Shown in pieces: positions 35,511-45,704 of a DNA stretch of 64,000 nt. The notes under the pieces were generated by a model, which was not told the origin of the DNA, ran no database searches, and saw only the letters and a program-made list of their open reading frames with translations. Made by a program: the position numbers and the translations under genes. Location of the stretch: positions 140,160 through 204,159 of the forward strand of contig CAWIFT010000005.1 in NCBI GenBank assembly GCA_963835455.1, in the 5' to 3' direction. Source of the DNA: an uncultured Actinomycetes bacterium. GTDB lineage: Bacteria; Actinomycetota; Acidimicrobiia; IMCC26256; PALSA-610. The first letter of the stretch is position 1; every line of letters begins with the position of its first letter.

Positions 35511-36586
35511 CTACGGGACGATCGGTGGGTAGTAGTTCTCGGCCCCGATCTTCTTGATGTCTTCGTACCAGCTGCCGTCGTACGCGTCGGTGTGACCCTG
35601 GCGCATCGGGTCCTCGAAGTTCCACGCTTGGCGCTTGTACGTCCAGTTGTCGGGGTAGAGGCGGTGGGCGGCGCGCCAGTGGGGGATTGCGGCCGCGTGA
35701 TCGCCGGCGCGATGGAGGTATTGCCCGAGCTCGAACTCCGCGGCCGCGGTCGCTTCCGCGTCGGTACGCGGATCGGAACGACGGACGACCTCGTCGGGCG
35801 ACGAGCGCGTAACGGCTCTCGCTTCCGTGCGCGATCCAGTCGTTGATCATCGCCGGATAGATGTCGGGGTCGCTCTTGATCTTGCGCGCCTCGCGCAACA
35901 TGTCGGCGACGTCGGGCGGGACCGTCGAGAGGTCGATCTTGCGGAACGCCTCGTTGATCTCGTTGTGGCCGCCGGGGTGTGCGGGCTCGGCCGGGCGCAC
36001 GATCATGCCGTCCTCGTCGATCCACACACCGTTCGGCACGTTGACGAAGCCGAAGAGCTCGTCGGTGACGTGCGCCTCGTCGATCAACGACGGGTGTTCG
36101 GGGTGCGCGGACTCGATGAAAGGACGCGCGTCACTCGCCTCGACGTCGAGCGCGACGGTGACCACCTCGAGGCCGAGCGGGTGCCAGCGGGTGCGGTGTT
36201 CCTGCCACACGGGCAGGTCGAAGCGGCAGCCTCACCACGACGCCCACGCGACCAGCAACACCTTCCGGCCGTGCAGGCTCGACAACTTGAACGGGTTCCC
36301 GTCCGCGTCGGGCAACGTGAGCTCGGGCGCCACCGCGGAGGTGAGCGCGCGACCCGTGACCGCGGTTTCGGGGCCGAGCGCCCAGATGCCGTGGGCGTCG
36401 TCGGCGACGAGCGGCATGCCGAGCCGCGCGGCGAGCACCGAGGCATCGAGGCGGCCGCCCGGTTTACGGGCCTCCGGTGGCAACGGAACACACGCCTCGG
36501 CCTTGCACGCGCCCTGCGGCTTGATCGACCAGCCGGTACGGGCCTTCGAATTCGTGTTCGTCGACCGTCAGATCGTGCAGGATCAC
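35511..36586 (-). CDS. ResA/TlpA-like thioredoxin-fold selenoprotein (WAxxUGC); Sec UGA at 36232-36234; frameshifts near 36544 and 35802
   Basis: APELTLPDADG...LSSLHGRKVLLVAWASW-TGA-GCRFDLPVWQ continues in frame to VVTVALD...NVPNGVWIDEDG; C-terminus NWTYKRQAW...NYYP. Confidence 0.8.
36201..36217 (-). promoter_or_regulatory. Candidate bacterial SECIS element
   Basis: CCUGCC-CGUGU-GGCAGG hairpin starting 14 nt after the in-frame UGA, GU in the apical loop. Confidence 0.6.
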
Positions 36587-36623
36587 GGTTCGCACGATAG
36601 ACGCGGACGGAGAACGGGGTCAC

Positions 36624-37106
36624 ATGCGCGAGCACCGGTACGAATTCGAGATGCCTCATTCGGCCGCCCGCATCTGGGCGCTGTTCCAGGACTACGACCG
36701 GTGGACCGACTACGCACCGATGGTGAAGCGGGTCGACGTGTTGTATCCCGGCGACGAGGAACACAACGGGCGCCTGCGGCGAGTCATCTACAAGATGCCG
36801 TTCGGTCGTGAGGGTTCTGCGCTCGAGCTGGTCACCGACGTCGTGCCCGACCGGGGTTACACGTACACGATGATCTCGTCGACACCGGGCAACGATCAGA
36901 TCGGTCACGTCGCGCTCGAGCCGCTCGCGCCCAACCGCACGATGTTCCGTTTCGACGAGCGCTACAACATCCAGAAGGCGCCGTTCAAATGGTTCGAAGG
37001 GCCCATCTACAAGTTCATCAACAAGAACAACGAGGATTCAATGCGGCGCGCGTCGGCATGGTTGACTGCGCATCCGGAATACCGCCCGGATCTGATCGAG
37101 AGCTGA
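36624..37106 (+). CDS. SRPBCC (polyketide cyclase/START-like) family protein
   Basis: IWALFQDYDRWTDYAP, ELVTDV.P...YTYT pattern. Confidence 0.75.
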   Translation: MREHRYEFEMPHSAARIWALFQDYDRWTDYAPMVKRVDVLYPGDEEHNGRLRRVIYKMPFGREGSALELVTDVVPDRGYTYTMISSTPGNDQIGHVALEPLAPNRTMFRFDERYNIQKAPFKWFEGPIYKFINKNNEDSMRRASAWLTAHPEYRPDLIES

Positions 37107-37110
37107 CCGC

Positions 37111-37839
37111 TTGCGCATACTGCTGGTGTCCGACCTGCACTACACGCTGAAGCAACTCGACTGGGTGGTGTCGGTCGCGGGCGAATACGACCTCGTCGTG
37201 GTCGCGGGCGACCTGCTCGACATCGCGTCGATCGTCGAGCCCGACGCGCAGATCGCGGTCGTGCTCGAGTACCTCTCGCGTATGGCTGCGAAGACCACCG
37301 TTGTCGCGTGCTCGGGCAATCACGATCTCGACGGTCGCAACGAGTTCGACGAACGTTCGGCGCGCTGGCTCGAACGGGCACGCGCGTCGGGGGTGTTCGT
37401 CGACGGGACGCGCTTCGAGACCGAGCACGAGGTGGTGACGGTCTGCCCGTGGTGGGACGGACCGCGCACGTCCGAGGTCGTCGATCGCCAGCTCACCGAA
37501 GACGCCGCGATCGTCGGCGACCGGCGTTGGATCTGGGCCTACCACGCCCCGCCCGACGCGTCGCCGACGAGCTGGACCGGCAAGCGGCACTACGGCGACG
37601 AGGAGCTCCGGGCGTGGATCGAGCGGCACCGCCCCGACCTCGTCATGTGCGGGCACGTGCATCAGGCGCCGTTCGCCGCCGACGGTGCGTGGAGTGACCG
37701 GATCGGCGCGACGCTCGTGCTGAACGCGGGTCGCGAGCGCGGGTACGTCCCGGCCCACATCGATCTCGACACCGAAACCGGGCTGGCCCGTTGGTCGTCC
37801 TCGGAAGGGGTCGAGGAGCGGGCGCTCGCGCTCGACTAG
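37111..37839 (+). CDS. Metallophosphoesterase (Icc-like)
   Basis: SDLH, AGDLLD, SGNHD, HAPP, CGHVH, NAG. Confidence 0.9.
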   Translation: MRILLVSDLHYTLKQLDWVVSVAGEYDLVVVAGDLLDIASIVEPDAQIAVVLEYLSRMAAKTTVVACSGNHDLDGRNEFDERSARWLERARASGVFVDGTRFETEHEVVTVCPWWDGPRTSEVVDRQLTEDAAIVGDRRWIWAYHAPPDASPTSWTGKRHYGDEELRAWIERHRPDLVMCGHVHQAPFAADGAWSDRIGATLVLNAGRERGYVPAHIDLDTETGLARWSSSEGVEERALALD

Positions 37840-38321
37840 TACTCGGGGTCGGGATCGCGATCCGAGCCGAGTTGGGTGCGCGTGGCCGAGGTCTGCATCA
37901 GCGTGCCGAGCACCACATCGACCATGCCGAGACCGCCCTCGTGATCCGCGTACTGGTGCTTGAGGTCGGCGAGGTAGGTCGTCATCGCCTGGAGCCGCAC
38001 GGCGAGCATCTGCGCGAGCGCAGTGGGCAGCGTGGGGTTGGATTCGAGCAGGGTGCGCGCGTCGTCGATGACCGCGAGCCGTGCGCTCGTGGCCGCGGCG
38101 ACGTCGGCGGTCGCGGGTACTCCGAGCAGGAGCGAGGTCTCCCCGACGCACGCGCCGGGTTCGGTGATCGTCGCGATGGCCGCCCCGCCCTTGGCGACAC
38201 TGAGCGTGCCCTCGAGCAGGATGTACAGCTCGGGTACGGATTGCCCGTCGACGAGCAGCACCTCGCCCGCGTCGAGTGTCCGCGTGGGAAACCCGTCAGC
38301 CAGCGCAAGGAGTTCCTGCAT
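37836..38321 (-). CDS. Cyclic nucleotide-binding domain protein (no HTH)
   Basis: GEVLL..G, LYILLEG, PGACVGETSLL, TADV. Confidence 0.85.
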   Translation of the reverse strand: MQELLALADGFPTRTLDAGEVLLVDGQSVPELYILLEGTLSVAKGGAAIATITEPGACVGETSLLLGVPATADVAAATSARLAVIDDARTLLESNPTLPTALAQMLAVRLQAMTTYLADLKHQYADHEGGLGMVDVVLGTLMQTSATRTQLGSDRDPDPEY

Positions 38322-38473
38322 CCCCGCAGTCTCGCGCGACGGGGTCCCCGAAGCGTCAGCCGACGTCCGGGCTGCGCTTCTCCGCGTCTTCCGGGACGGG
38401 AGCGGACGACGACCACGATCACCACGGTGCCGCGACGACAACGACGACGGTGGGCGACTGCAAGACTGACCGG

Positions 38474-39151
38474 ATGCTGCGCCAGGCGATCGGCGAGTTT
38501 CTTCCCGCCGCGATCGCGGTGGCGCTGAGCCCGATCCCCATCATCGGCGTCGTCCTCGTGCTCGACAGTGACCGGGCGCGGCGCAATGGTCCCGCATTCG
38601 CGTTCGGTTGGGTCGCAGGACTCGCGAGCGTCAGCGTTCTCGTCGTGCTCGCGGTCGGTGCCGCGTCCGACCCGGGAAGCGACGCCGCCTCGGGCGTCAA
38701 CTGGTTCATGGCCGGCATCGGATTGGTGTTCCTGGCGATGGCCGCGCAACAGTGGACGAAACGACCGAAGCGCGGTGAGACGCCGGAGATGCCGCGCTGG
38801 ATGGCGTCGATCGGCTCGATCTCGTCGACCAAGGCGTTGCTCCTCGGCGCCACGCTGTCCGCCGCCAACCCCAAGAACCTCGCATTGACCCTCGCCGCCT
38901 CCGCGGCCATCGCCAACGCCCAGCTCGGTACCGGCGATACCGCGATCGCCATCGTCACCTTCGTCGCGATCGGATCGGTCACCGTCGTCGGCGCGGTCGG
39001 CTTCTATCTCGTCAGTCCGGCGCGCGCGACCAAGCCGCTCGCGGCCGTGAGGCAGTTCATGGCCGACAACAACGCCACCATCATGATGGTGATCCTGCTG
39101 ATCCTCGGCGCGAAGCTTCTCGGCGACGCGCTCGCGGGTGTGTGGAGCTGA
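38474..39151 (+). CDS. GAP family membrane protein (Gap/Sap-like)
   Basis: AIAVALSPIPI, AFAFGW, MPRWM, ANPKN; about 6 TM. Confidence 0.85.
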   Translation: MLRQAIGEFLPAAIAVALSPIPIIGVVLVLDSDRARRNGPAFAFGWVAGLASVSVLVVLAVGAASDPGSDAASGVNWFMAGIGLVFLAMAAQQWTKRPKRGETPEMPRWMASIGSISSTKALLLGATLSAANPKNLALTLAASAAIANAQLGTGDTAIAIVTFVAIGSVTVVGAVGFYLVSPARATKPLAAVRQFMADNNATIMMVILLILGAKLLGDALAGVWS

Positions 39152-39403
39152 AGCGGGTCCACGAGCTGACGCGCCCGCGTTGGGTTCTCGGGCCCTTCAG
39201 TACTCCCGGGCGGGATTTTTCGGCCCGAGAGTTCGGATTCGCCCGAATCGTCGCGGCCCGAAACGCGTCACTCCCGGATGTTCCTGGTCATCACTGAGCA
39301 ATGGGGCTTAGGGAGGGGCATGGACGAGCCGACAACCCAACTCGGTGGGCCGTTCCCGGCAATGGCCCGCACCCACAACCGGACGCGGGGCGAGGGATCG
39401 CTG

Positions 39404-42400
39404 GTGAGACGCAGGCTGACGATCAGGACCAAGCTGGCGGCGACGTTGGCGGTGCCGCTTGCCGCGCTGGCGAGTTTCGCCGCGCTGCAGGTGCGCGACG
39501 CGTACAACCGATCCGACCAGGTGAAGCTCCAAGCGGGCCTGGCCACGTCGGCCACCGGCCCCGCGGGCGTCCTCACCGCGCTCGAGAACGAGCGCGACTA
39601 CGAGTCGCTGCGCGCGATCGGTAAGCAGAGTCTCGTCGCACCGAAGAACACGAAGTTCTCCGCGCAGGTGACCGCGAGCACCGATGTCGCGCTCGGCAAC
39701 TTCCGGTTGCTGCTCGGCGACGTCGGCGGCGCCGCGGCCGGCAACTACCGCTCGACGCTGACGCAGGTGAGCTCGCGTCTCGTCGCGCTCCGTCAGCTCG
39801 CCGAGGACCGCGCCTCCAAGACGCAGACGGCGGCCGGCGCGGCGGAAGCGACCGTCATCTTCAATCGTTACACGAGCCTGATCGGCGAACTGCTGGACTC
39901 GGATCAACGCTCCGGCGCGACGATCGACGACGCGAATCTGCGCAACGGTGCCGAGTTGCTCAACGCGATCGCGCGGCAGAGCGATGCGGAATCGGGCGTC
40001 GGCATCAAGGTCGGTCTCGCGGCGATCACGCGCGATCCCGCCGCGATGCTGGACGCGCAACGGCTGGCCGACCGCCAGTCCCAGGGTGACGCGGATCTGC
40101 ACGTGCGCGCCGACGGTCCGTACGAACGGGCGGTGCTCGGTGCACTCGACGCTCCGGCCCGCAAGAAGGCGGTCGCCGAGTTGCAGAGTGCCGCGCGGAA
40201 TCCGCTGCACGCCAACCTCGTCACGCTGCTCAGGATCCGCCCCGACTCGATCAACCTGCTGCGGGTCGCGCAGACGAACACCGCTGCGGTGGTCACTCAA
40301 CAGGCGCACACGCTGACCTCGGCCGCGCAGGACGAGGAGCGCAACTGGATCGCCATCACGATCGCGTCGGTCATGCTCGCGATCGCACTGCTCTGGCTCA
40401 CGAACCGCTGGATCACCCGCCCGCTGCGGGCCCTCGCCGACCAGGCCGCAGATATGGCCGGTCAACGCCTCCCGGCGGCGGTGCAGGAGATCCTCGAGAC
40501 GCCCGTCAACGAGGACGTGGTCCCGCCCGAGGTCGAACCCGTCCGGGTGCACGCGGGCGGCGAGGTGCACGCGGTCGAGGTCGCGCTCAACAAGGTGCAG
40601 GACAGCGCGGTCTCGCTCGCAGTCGAGCAGGCGTCGTTGCGGCGCAATATCGCCGACGCGTATGTCAACCTCGGTCGCCGCAACCAGAACCTGCTGTCCC
40701 GCCAGCTCGAGTTCATCACGCAGCTCGAGAACGACGAATCGGACCCCGAGACCCTCGAACACCTCTTCCGCCTCGACCACCTTGCGACGCGCATGCGCCG
40801 CAACGCCGAGTCGCTGCTCGTGCTCGCAGGCCTCGCCCCGCCGCGTACGTGGAGTGCCCCCGTGGCGATGGGTGACGTCGTGCGCGGTGCGCTCGGCGAG
40901 GTCGAGGGCTACCGGCGGGTGCGTCTGCGTCACGTCGACGAGGCGCGGGTCGACGGTGCGGCCGCGGCCGACGTGAGTCACGTCATCGCCGAGCTCGTCG
41001 AGAACGCCCTCTCGTTCTCACCGCCCGACGCGGACGTCGAGGTCTACGGGCGCCGTGACGACCACGGTTACGTCATCACGATCGTCGACTCCGGCATCGG
41101 GATGCACGAAGAGGAGCTCGAGCGTGCGAACGCGCTGATCTCCTCCGCGAGCGCGTTGACGCTGGCGCCTTCCCGCTTCCTCGGTCACTACGTGGTGGCG
41201 CAGCTCGCGGCCCGGCACCACCTGAACGTGCAGCTCGTCGCGTCGCCGGCCGGTGGGCTGACGGCGATGATCGCGCTGCCCGCGGTCCTGCTCGGCATGA
41301 CGAACGCGCCGACGACCGAGGCACCCGCCGCCCCTCCGGAGATCGACCAGCCCGCGAACGAGGCCGAGCGTCCCGCGCTCGCGTTGCCACGCCGCGAGTC
41401 GGCGGCCGAGCTCGCGGCACCGCCCGCCGCGCCACCGGTTCCGCCGGCCGCAGCCGCGGCCGCGACGGCTGCGGTGGTCGCACCGATCTCGTTCAAGGGC
41501 ACTTCCGCCCCGCCGCCGCTCCCGCCCGAGCTCTCGCCGGATGCCGCGCCCGATCTTTCGCTGGTGCCGCCGTTGGCGGAGTCGGAAACGCACGATGCGT
41601 TCGACGACGAACTCGACGAACTCGACGACCTCGACGGCCGGGACCCGGTCGACGCGATCGCGGTCTTCGACGACGCGTCGTCCGCGCCGGCGGCTCCCGA
41701 TGCTCGCGACGCCGCCGCGGAGCCCGAGGTCGTCGCCCCGGACCCGCAGCCCGAAGCCGCGCCGGCCCGACCCCGCCTCGGACTCGGAACCTTCGCCGAC
41801 CTGCGCGGTGCAACCCAGCCCACACCGGCCCAGACTCCGGCCGCCGACGCCGCACCGACGCCGGGCGAACCGCAGCCGGCCGCACCGTCGACCCCGGTCG
41901 CGCCCGCGGCTGCGGCGGCCGCCGCCACCGCCGCGCCGGTCCAGAATCCGGACCGGCCCGTCGCGATCGCGCCCGATCGCCGTGCGTCGTTCGCGGAAGT
42001 CGCGCAAGCCGTCGACGACGCGGCCACCGGCCGTGCCGCCGAACCGGCCGCGGCGGGGTCACCGTTCTCGGAGGACCTCATTCCGCAACGCCTGCCCAAG
42101 CGCGGCCGGCGCAGCTCGAAGCTCGAGACGCCGTGGGTCCGCCAACGTCCGGTGGTGAGTGCGCCCCCGGTCGCGGCACCGGCCGCCGCGGCGCCGGCCC
42201 CGGTGGCCGCCGCGTCGGTTGCGGCCCCGGCGGCGCTGCCGTCGCGCTCCGCCGGTGAAACCCAGATCGCTTCTGCACCGGACCCGGCCGGGAACGGTGC
42301 AAGCGGAACGGAACCCGAATCCGGCGCGGCCCCGGGGGCCGACGGTGGTGAACGGTTCGCATTCTTCGCCGCCTTCCGCGCCGCAGCCGAACAGGCTCGC

Positions 42401-42436
42401 GAGGAAGCCGGTATCGATGATCGGAGAGGGCATTGA
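39404..42436 (+). CDS. cvnA: Conservon sensor histidine kinase (NIT-like sensor, HAMP, HATPase, Pro/Ala-rich tail)
   Basis: Two TM; NLGRRNQNLL, LFRLDHLATRMRRNAESLLVLAG, ELVENALSFSPP, DSGIGM; start uncertain (39278-39404). Confidence 0.88.
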   Translation: MRRRLTIRTKLAATLAVPLAALASFAALQVRDAYNRSDQVKLQAGLATSATGPAGVLTALENERDYESLRAIGKQSLVAPKNTKFSAQVTASTDVALGNFRLLLGDVGGAAAGNYRSTLTQVSSRLVALRQLAEDRASKTQTAAGAAEATVIFNRYTSLIGELLDSDQRSGATIDDANLRNGAELLNAIARQSDAESGVGIKVGLAAITRDPAAMLDAQRLADRQSQGDADLHVRADGPYERAVLGALDAPARKKAVAELQSAARNPLHANLVTLLRIRPDSINLLRVAQTNTAAVVTQQAHTLTSAAQDEERNWIAITIASVMLAIALLWLTNRWITRPLRALADQAADMAGQRLPAAVQEILETPVNEDVVPPEVEPVRVHAGGEVHAVEVALNKVQDSAVSLAVEQASLRRNIADAYVNLGRRNQNLLSRQLEFITQLENDESDPETLEHLFRLDHLATRMRRNAESLLVLAGLAPPRTWSAPVAMGDVVRGALGEVEGYRRVRLRHVDEARVDGAAAADVSHVIAELVENALSFSPPDADVEVYGRRDDHGYVITIVDSGIGMHEEELERANALISSASALTLAPSRFLGHYVVAQLAARHHLNVQLVASPAGGLTAMIALPAVLLGMTNAPTTEAPAAPPEIDQPANEAERPALALPRRESAAELAAPPAAPPVPPAAAAAATAAVVAPISFKGTSAPPPLPPELSPDAAPDLSLVPPLAESETHDAFDDELDELDDLDGRDPVDAIAVFDDASSAPAAPDARDAAAEPEVVAPDPQPEAAPARPRLGLGTFADLRGATQPTPAQTPAADAAPTPGEPQPAAPSTPVAPAAAAAAATAAPVQNPDRPVAIAPDRRASFAEVAQAVDDAATGRAAEPAAAGSPFSEDLIPQRLPKRGRRSSKLETPWVRQRPVVSAPPVAAPAAAAPAPVAAASVAAPAALPSRSAGETQIASAPDPAGNGASGTEPESGAAPGADGGERFAFFAAFRAAAEQAREEAGIDDRRGH

Positions 42437-42882
42437 CGGTGCAATCGGACGGAGCGAACGCCGTGGGCGCCAGCGCCGAGGTTCGCAACTTCAACTGGTT
42501 GCTGTCGAGCTTCGTCGACGCGACTCCGGGTGTCACTGACGCGGTTGCCGTGTCGTCGGACGGCCTCCTCATGGCGATGTCGAGCTCGCTCGAGCGCGCC
42601 GGCGCCGAACAGCTCTCGGCGATCATCGCCGGGATGACGAGCCTGGCCGAGAGCACCGCGCGGTGCTTCGCGCTGGGCGGGCTCGAGCAGGTCATCGTCG
42701 CGATGGAAGAGGGATACCTCTTCGTGTCGTCGGTCTCGGACGGAAGCTCGCTCGGTGTCGTCGCCGATCGTCGTTGCGACGTCGGCGCGGTCGGCTACCA
42801 GATGACGCTCCTCGTGGAGCGCGTCGGCGCCGCGCTCAGCCCGGCGCTGGTCGCGGAGCTCAAGGAGAGCGTCCTCCAGTGA
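42433..42882 (+). CDS. cvnB: Roadblock/LC7 domain protein (conservon)
   Basis: NWLLSSFV..TPGV.DAVAVSSDGLL, QVIVAMEEG, VGYQMTLLV. Confidence 0.9.
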   Translation: MTVQSDGANAVGASAEVRNFNWLLSSFVDATPGVTDAVAVSSDGLLMAMSSSLERAGAEQLSAIIAGMTSLAESTARCFALGGLEQVIVAMEEGYLFVSSVSDGSSLGVVADRRCDVGAVGYQMTLLVERVGAALSPALVAELKESVLQ

Positions 42883-43232
42883 CCGAGGAGCTCCCGCCGC
42901 GCGCGACGGCTCAGGATTTCGTCCGACCGTTCGTCATCACGGGCGGGCGGACGCGCGCGGCTGATTCCTCGCTGAAGATGGAAACGATGGTGCAGACCGT
43001 CGGGAAGCCGCGCGACGACCTGGGCTTCGAGAAGGCGCGCATCGTCGACTGCTCGTACGAACCGATCTCGGTCGCCGAGATCGCGGCCGAGCTGAACGTG
43101 CCGCTCGGCGTGGCGATGGTGCTCGTCGGTGATCTCTGCGACGACGGTTGTCTCGAAACGACGTACAGCGACCCGGTCGAGATCGAACTCTCGGCCCTGA
43201 CGAGGATGATCGATCGTGTCCGGGCCCTCTGA
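42879..43232 (+). CDS. cvnC: DUF742 domain protein (conservon)
   Basis: VRPFVITGGRT, SVAEIAAELNVPLGV..VLVGDL; GTGA coupling. Confidence 0.9.
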   Translation: MTEELPPRATAQDFVRPFVITGGRTRAADSSLKMETMVQTVGKPRDDLGFEKARIVDCSYEPISVAEIAAELNVPLGVAMVLVGDLCDDGCLETTYSDPVEIELSALTRMIDRVRAL

Positions 43233-43233
43233 A

Positions 43234-43818
43234 ATGACGTCGGTCGCGCCCATGTCGCGCAAGGTCACGTCGGTCAAGCTCGTCGTGGCCGGTGGATTCG
43301 GTGTCGGGAAGACGACGTTCGTTTCCGCCGTGTCGGAGATCCCGCCGCTGACCACCGAGGCCGCGATGACGACGGAGTCGAAGGACGTCGACGACACGTC
43401 GCTCATCAACAAGAAGGTGACGACGACCGTCGCGATGGACTTCGGGCGCATCACGGTCGACGACTCGCTCGTGATGTACCTGTTCGGCACGCCCGGGCAG
43501 GAGCGGTTCGCGTTCATGTGGGACGACCTGTGTGACGGCGCGCTCGGCGCGGTCGTGCTGGCCGACACCCGTCGCCTCGCCGACAGCTTCGTCGCCCTCG
43601 ACTACTTCGAATCGCGCAACACGCCGTTCGTCGTCGGGGTCAACCACTTCGCGGGCTCGTACCACTATCCGATCCCCGAGGTCCGCGAGGCGCTCGGTGT
43701 CTCGGACTCGATTCCGGTGGTCGACTGCGACGCGCGCAGCCGGGAGTCGGTCAAGGTCGGGCTGATCACCCTGCTGCAGCACGTCTACGAGATCCGCCGC
43801 GCCGCGCTCGCGCGCTAG
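43234..43818 (+). CDS. cvnD: Small ATP/GTP-binding protein (conservon GTPase)
   Basis: GGFGVGKTT, TTTVAMDFG, LFGTPGQERF, VNHF, CDAR. Confidence 0.92.
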   Translation: MTSVAPMSRKVTSVKLVVAGGFGVGKTTFVSAVSEIPPLTTEAAMTTESKDVDDTSLINKKVTTTVAMDFGRITVDDSLVMYLFGTPGQERFAFMWDDLCDGALGAVVLADTRRLADSFVALDYFESRNTPFVVGVNHFAGSYHYPIPEVREALGVSDSIPVVDCDARSRESVKVGLITLLQHVYEIRRAALAR

Positions 43819-44282
43819 CCGTCTCGACCCGCACCGCTTCCGCGCGCAACGCGCTGCAGGTGTTGGAGCTCGATCATGAGCGGGAGCACGAAACCGATGT
43901 ACGCGCTCGTCAGGGTGTAGTCGTCGACCGCGCCGTGGGTCGTCCGGGAGTGGACGTCGATGACGCGTACGCGATCGTCGCGCACCGCGTACTCCTGCGC
44001 GCGGGCGACGATCGCGTGGAGCTCTTCGAGGGTCTCGACCTGCATGCCGAAGTGATCGAGCGGCGGGGCGGTGAGCGGGGGATCGGCGGGCAGCAGGTAG
44101 ACGAACTGGCCGAACGCGCCGGTGTAGAGGATGAGCGGGTTGCCTTCCTCGCCGGTGTTGTCACCCTCGGTCCAGCCGAACACCTCCCCGTAGAACGCGA
44201 GCACGTCGGCCCGACCGCGTTCGTCGAGCACCGCGGGATCCATGCTGATCGCGACGTGGTTGAGCGTGGGTCGACCGCTCAC
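43815..44282 (-). CDS. VOC/glyoxalase-like protein
   Basis: LNHVAIS, AFYGEVFGW, DHFGMQV, IELQH; fused to the upstream ORF in the track only because of the upstream frameshift. Confidence 0.75.
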   Translation of the reverse strand: MSGRPTLNHVAISMDPAVLDERGRADVLAFYGEVFGWTEGDNTGEEGNPLILYTGAFGQFVYLLPADPPLTAPPLDHFGMQVETLEELHAIVARAQEYAVRDDRVRVIDVHSRTTHGAVDDYTLTSAYIGFVLPLMIELQHLQRVARGSGAGRDG

Positions 44283-45332
44283 ACCGCCACCTCCGGGGTG
44301 ACCATGACCTTGCCGGGCAGCTCGCCCGCGGCCAGCCGCTGCATCGTGCCCATCACCTCGTCGAGGCGGACGTCGACCGGCTCGATCAGGAGATCGAGGG
44401 GGAGTGCGCCCGACGCGAGCAGGTCGAGCGCGGGCCGGAAGCCCTCGGCGTCGTAGTTGTACGCGCCGATCAACGTCTGCTCCATGACGATCACACGGTT
44501 GTGGTTCACGCGCGGCGGTGTGGAACCGGTGCCGACGAAGACGAACGTGCCCGCGTAGTCGAGTTGGTCGAGCCCCGATTCCGCGGCCGCGCCGTTGCCC
44601 GAACACTCGAACACGACGGTGAACGGCGCCGTCGACGGGGCGCCCCATCGGCGCCCGCGGCAACGCGTCGGGCTCGATCGCCGTCGCGGCCCCGACGGCC
44701 AGTGCACGGGCGCGGCGCGCCGGCGCCGGTTCCGAGACCACGATGTCGCGTACGCCGCGGCTGCGCAGCACCGCGGTGGTCAGGAGCCCGACCGGTCCGC
44801 CCCCGGTCACGAGCACTCGATCGTCGGCCGACACCTGCGCGAGGTTGACGGTGTGCAACGCGATCGCGGTCGGCTCGGTCAACGCCGCGGCGCGCGTCGA
44901 GAGCGTGTCGGGCACGCGCACGAGGCGCGCCGCCGGGACGACCTTGTACCGACAGAACGCGCCCCGGGAGAAGTCGAGGAGATCGGGCGGCTCGCGCCGC
45001 AGGCACACCGCGGGCCGGCCGTGCGTACACGCGCGACAGGTGCCGCAGCCCGGCGTGGGATCGGAGACCACGCGCGCCCCGATGTCCCAGCCGCTCGCGT
45101 CCGCGCCCAGCGCCGCGATCGTTCCCGCCCATTCGTGGCCGAGCACCGATCCCGGGCGGGCGTAACGCTCGAGGACGAGGTGCAGGTCGGTGCCGCAGAT
45201 GCCGCAGTGCGACACCTCGACCAGTGCGTCGTCCGCGCCGAGGGCCGGCACCGGGATCTGTTGCACCTCGATTGCGCCGTCACCGACGTACACGGCCGCC
45301 GGCATGAGCGGGGCAGGCACGTCGGGCGGCAC
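44279..45332 (-). CDS. Zn-dependent alcohol/threonine dehydrogenase-like protein; +1 frameshift near 44630
   Basis: CGICGTDLH, GHEWAG, CGTCRAC...C, GGGPVG; then VFECSG...GKVMV in shifted frame. Confidence 0.85.
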
Positions 45333-45360
45333 GGCGTCAGCTTCGCATCACGGTCGGAGA

Positions 45361-45394
45361 AAGAACAAAGCCGCCGGCTGGTGGCCGGCGGCTT
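45361..45394 (-). terminator. Rho-independent terminator of cspA
   Basis: AAGCCGCCGGC/GCCGGCGGCTT stem followed on the minus strand by TGTTCTTT. Confidence 0.8.
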
Positions 45395-45414
45395 CGTCTC
45401 GCGAGCTGCGAACG

Positions 45415-45618
45415 TCAGACGGCGCGGACGTTCTGAGCTTCGTCTCCCTTACGACCGGGTGCGACATCGAACTCGACCTTCTGGCCTTCTTCGAGCGTCC
45501 GGTACCCGCTACCGGCGATGTTGGAGTAGTGGACGAAGACGTCCTTGTCCCCGCCCTCGAGCGAGATGAAGCCGTAACCCTTTTCGGCATTGAAGAACTT
45601 GACCGTTCCAGTTGTCAC
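45415..45618 (-). CDS. cspA: Cold-shock protein
   Basis: [31 protein letters not shown]. Confidence 0.96.
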   Translation of the reverse strand: MTTGTVKFFNAEKGYGFISLEGGDKDVFVHYSNIAGSGYRTLEEGQKVEFDVAPGRKGDEAQNVRAV

Positions 45619-45704
45619 TGCACGTACCTTTTCTAGACCGCGGCGCGGACCCTACGCGCACCGTCGATGACACATTACGACACCGACGGTGCGCAGCGGA
45701 AGGC

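Noticed and set aside
34789-36210. Thioredoxin-YdeI fusion (473 aa)
   Set aside because: Artefact of frameshifts near 35802 and 35086 joining two separate genes.
39187-39230. Inverted repeat TCTCGGGCC/GGCCCGAGA upstream of cvnA as a riboswitch
   Set aside because: No recognisable aptamer motif; more simply a terminator-like or chance hairpin.
43815-45332. ADH-glyoxalase fusion (505 aa)
   Set aside because: Produced by the frameshift near 44630; the ADH C-terminus is in another frame and the VOC gene has its own GTGA-coupled start.
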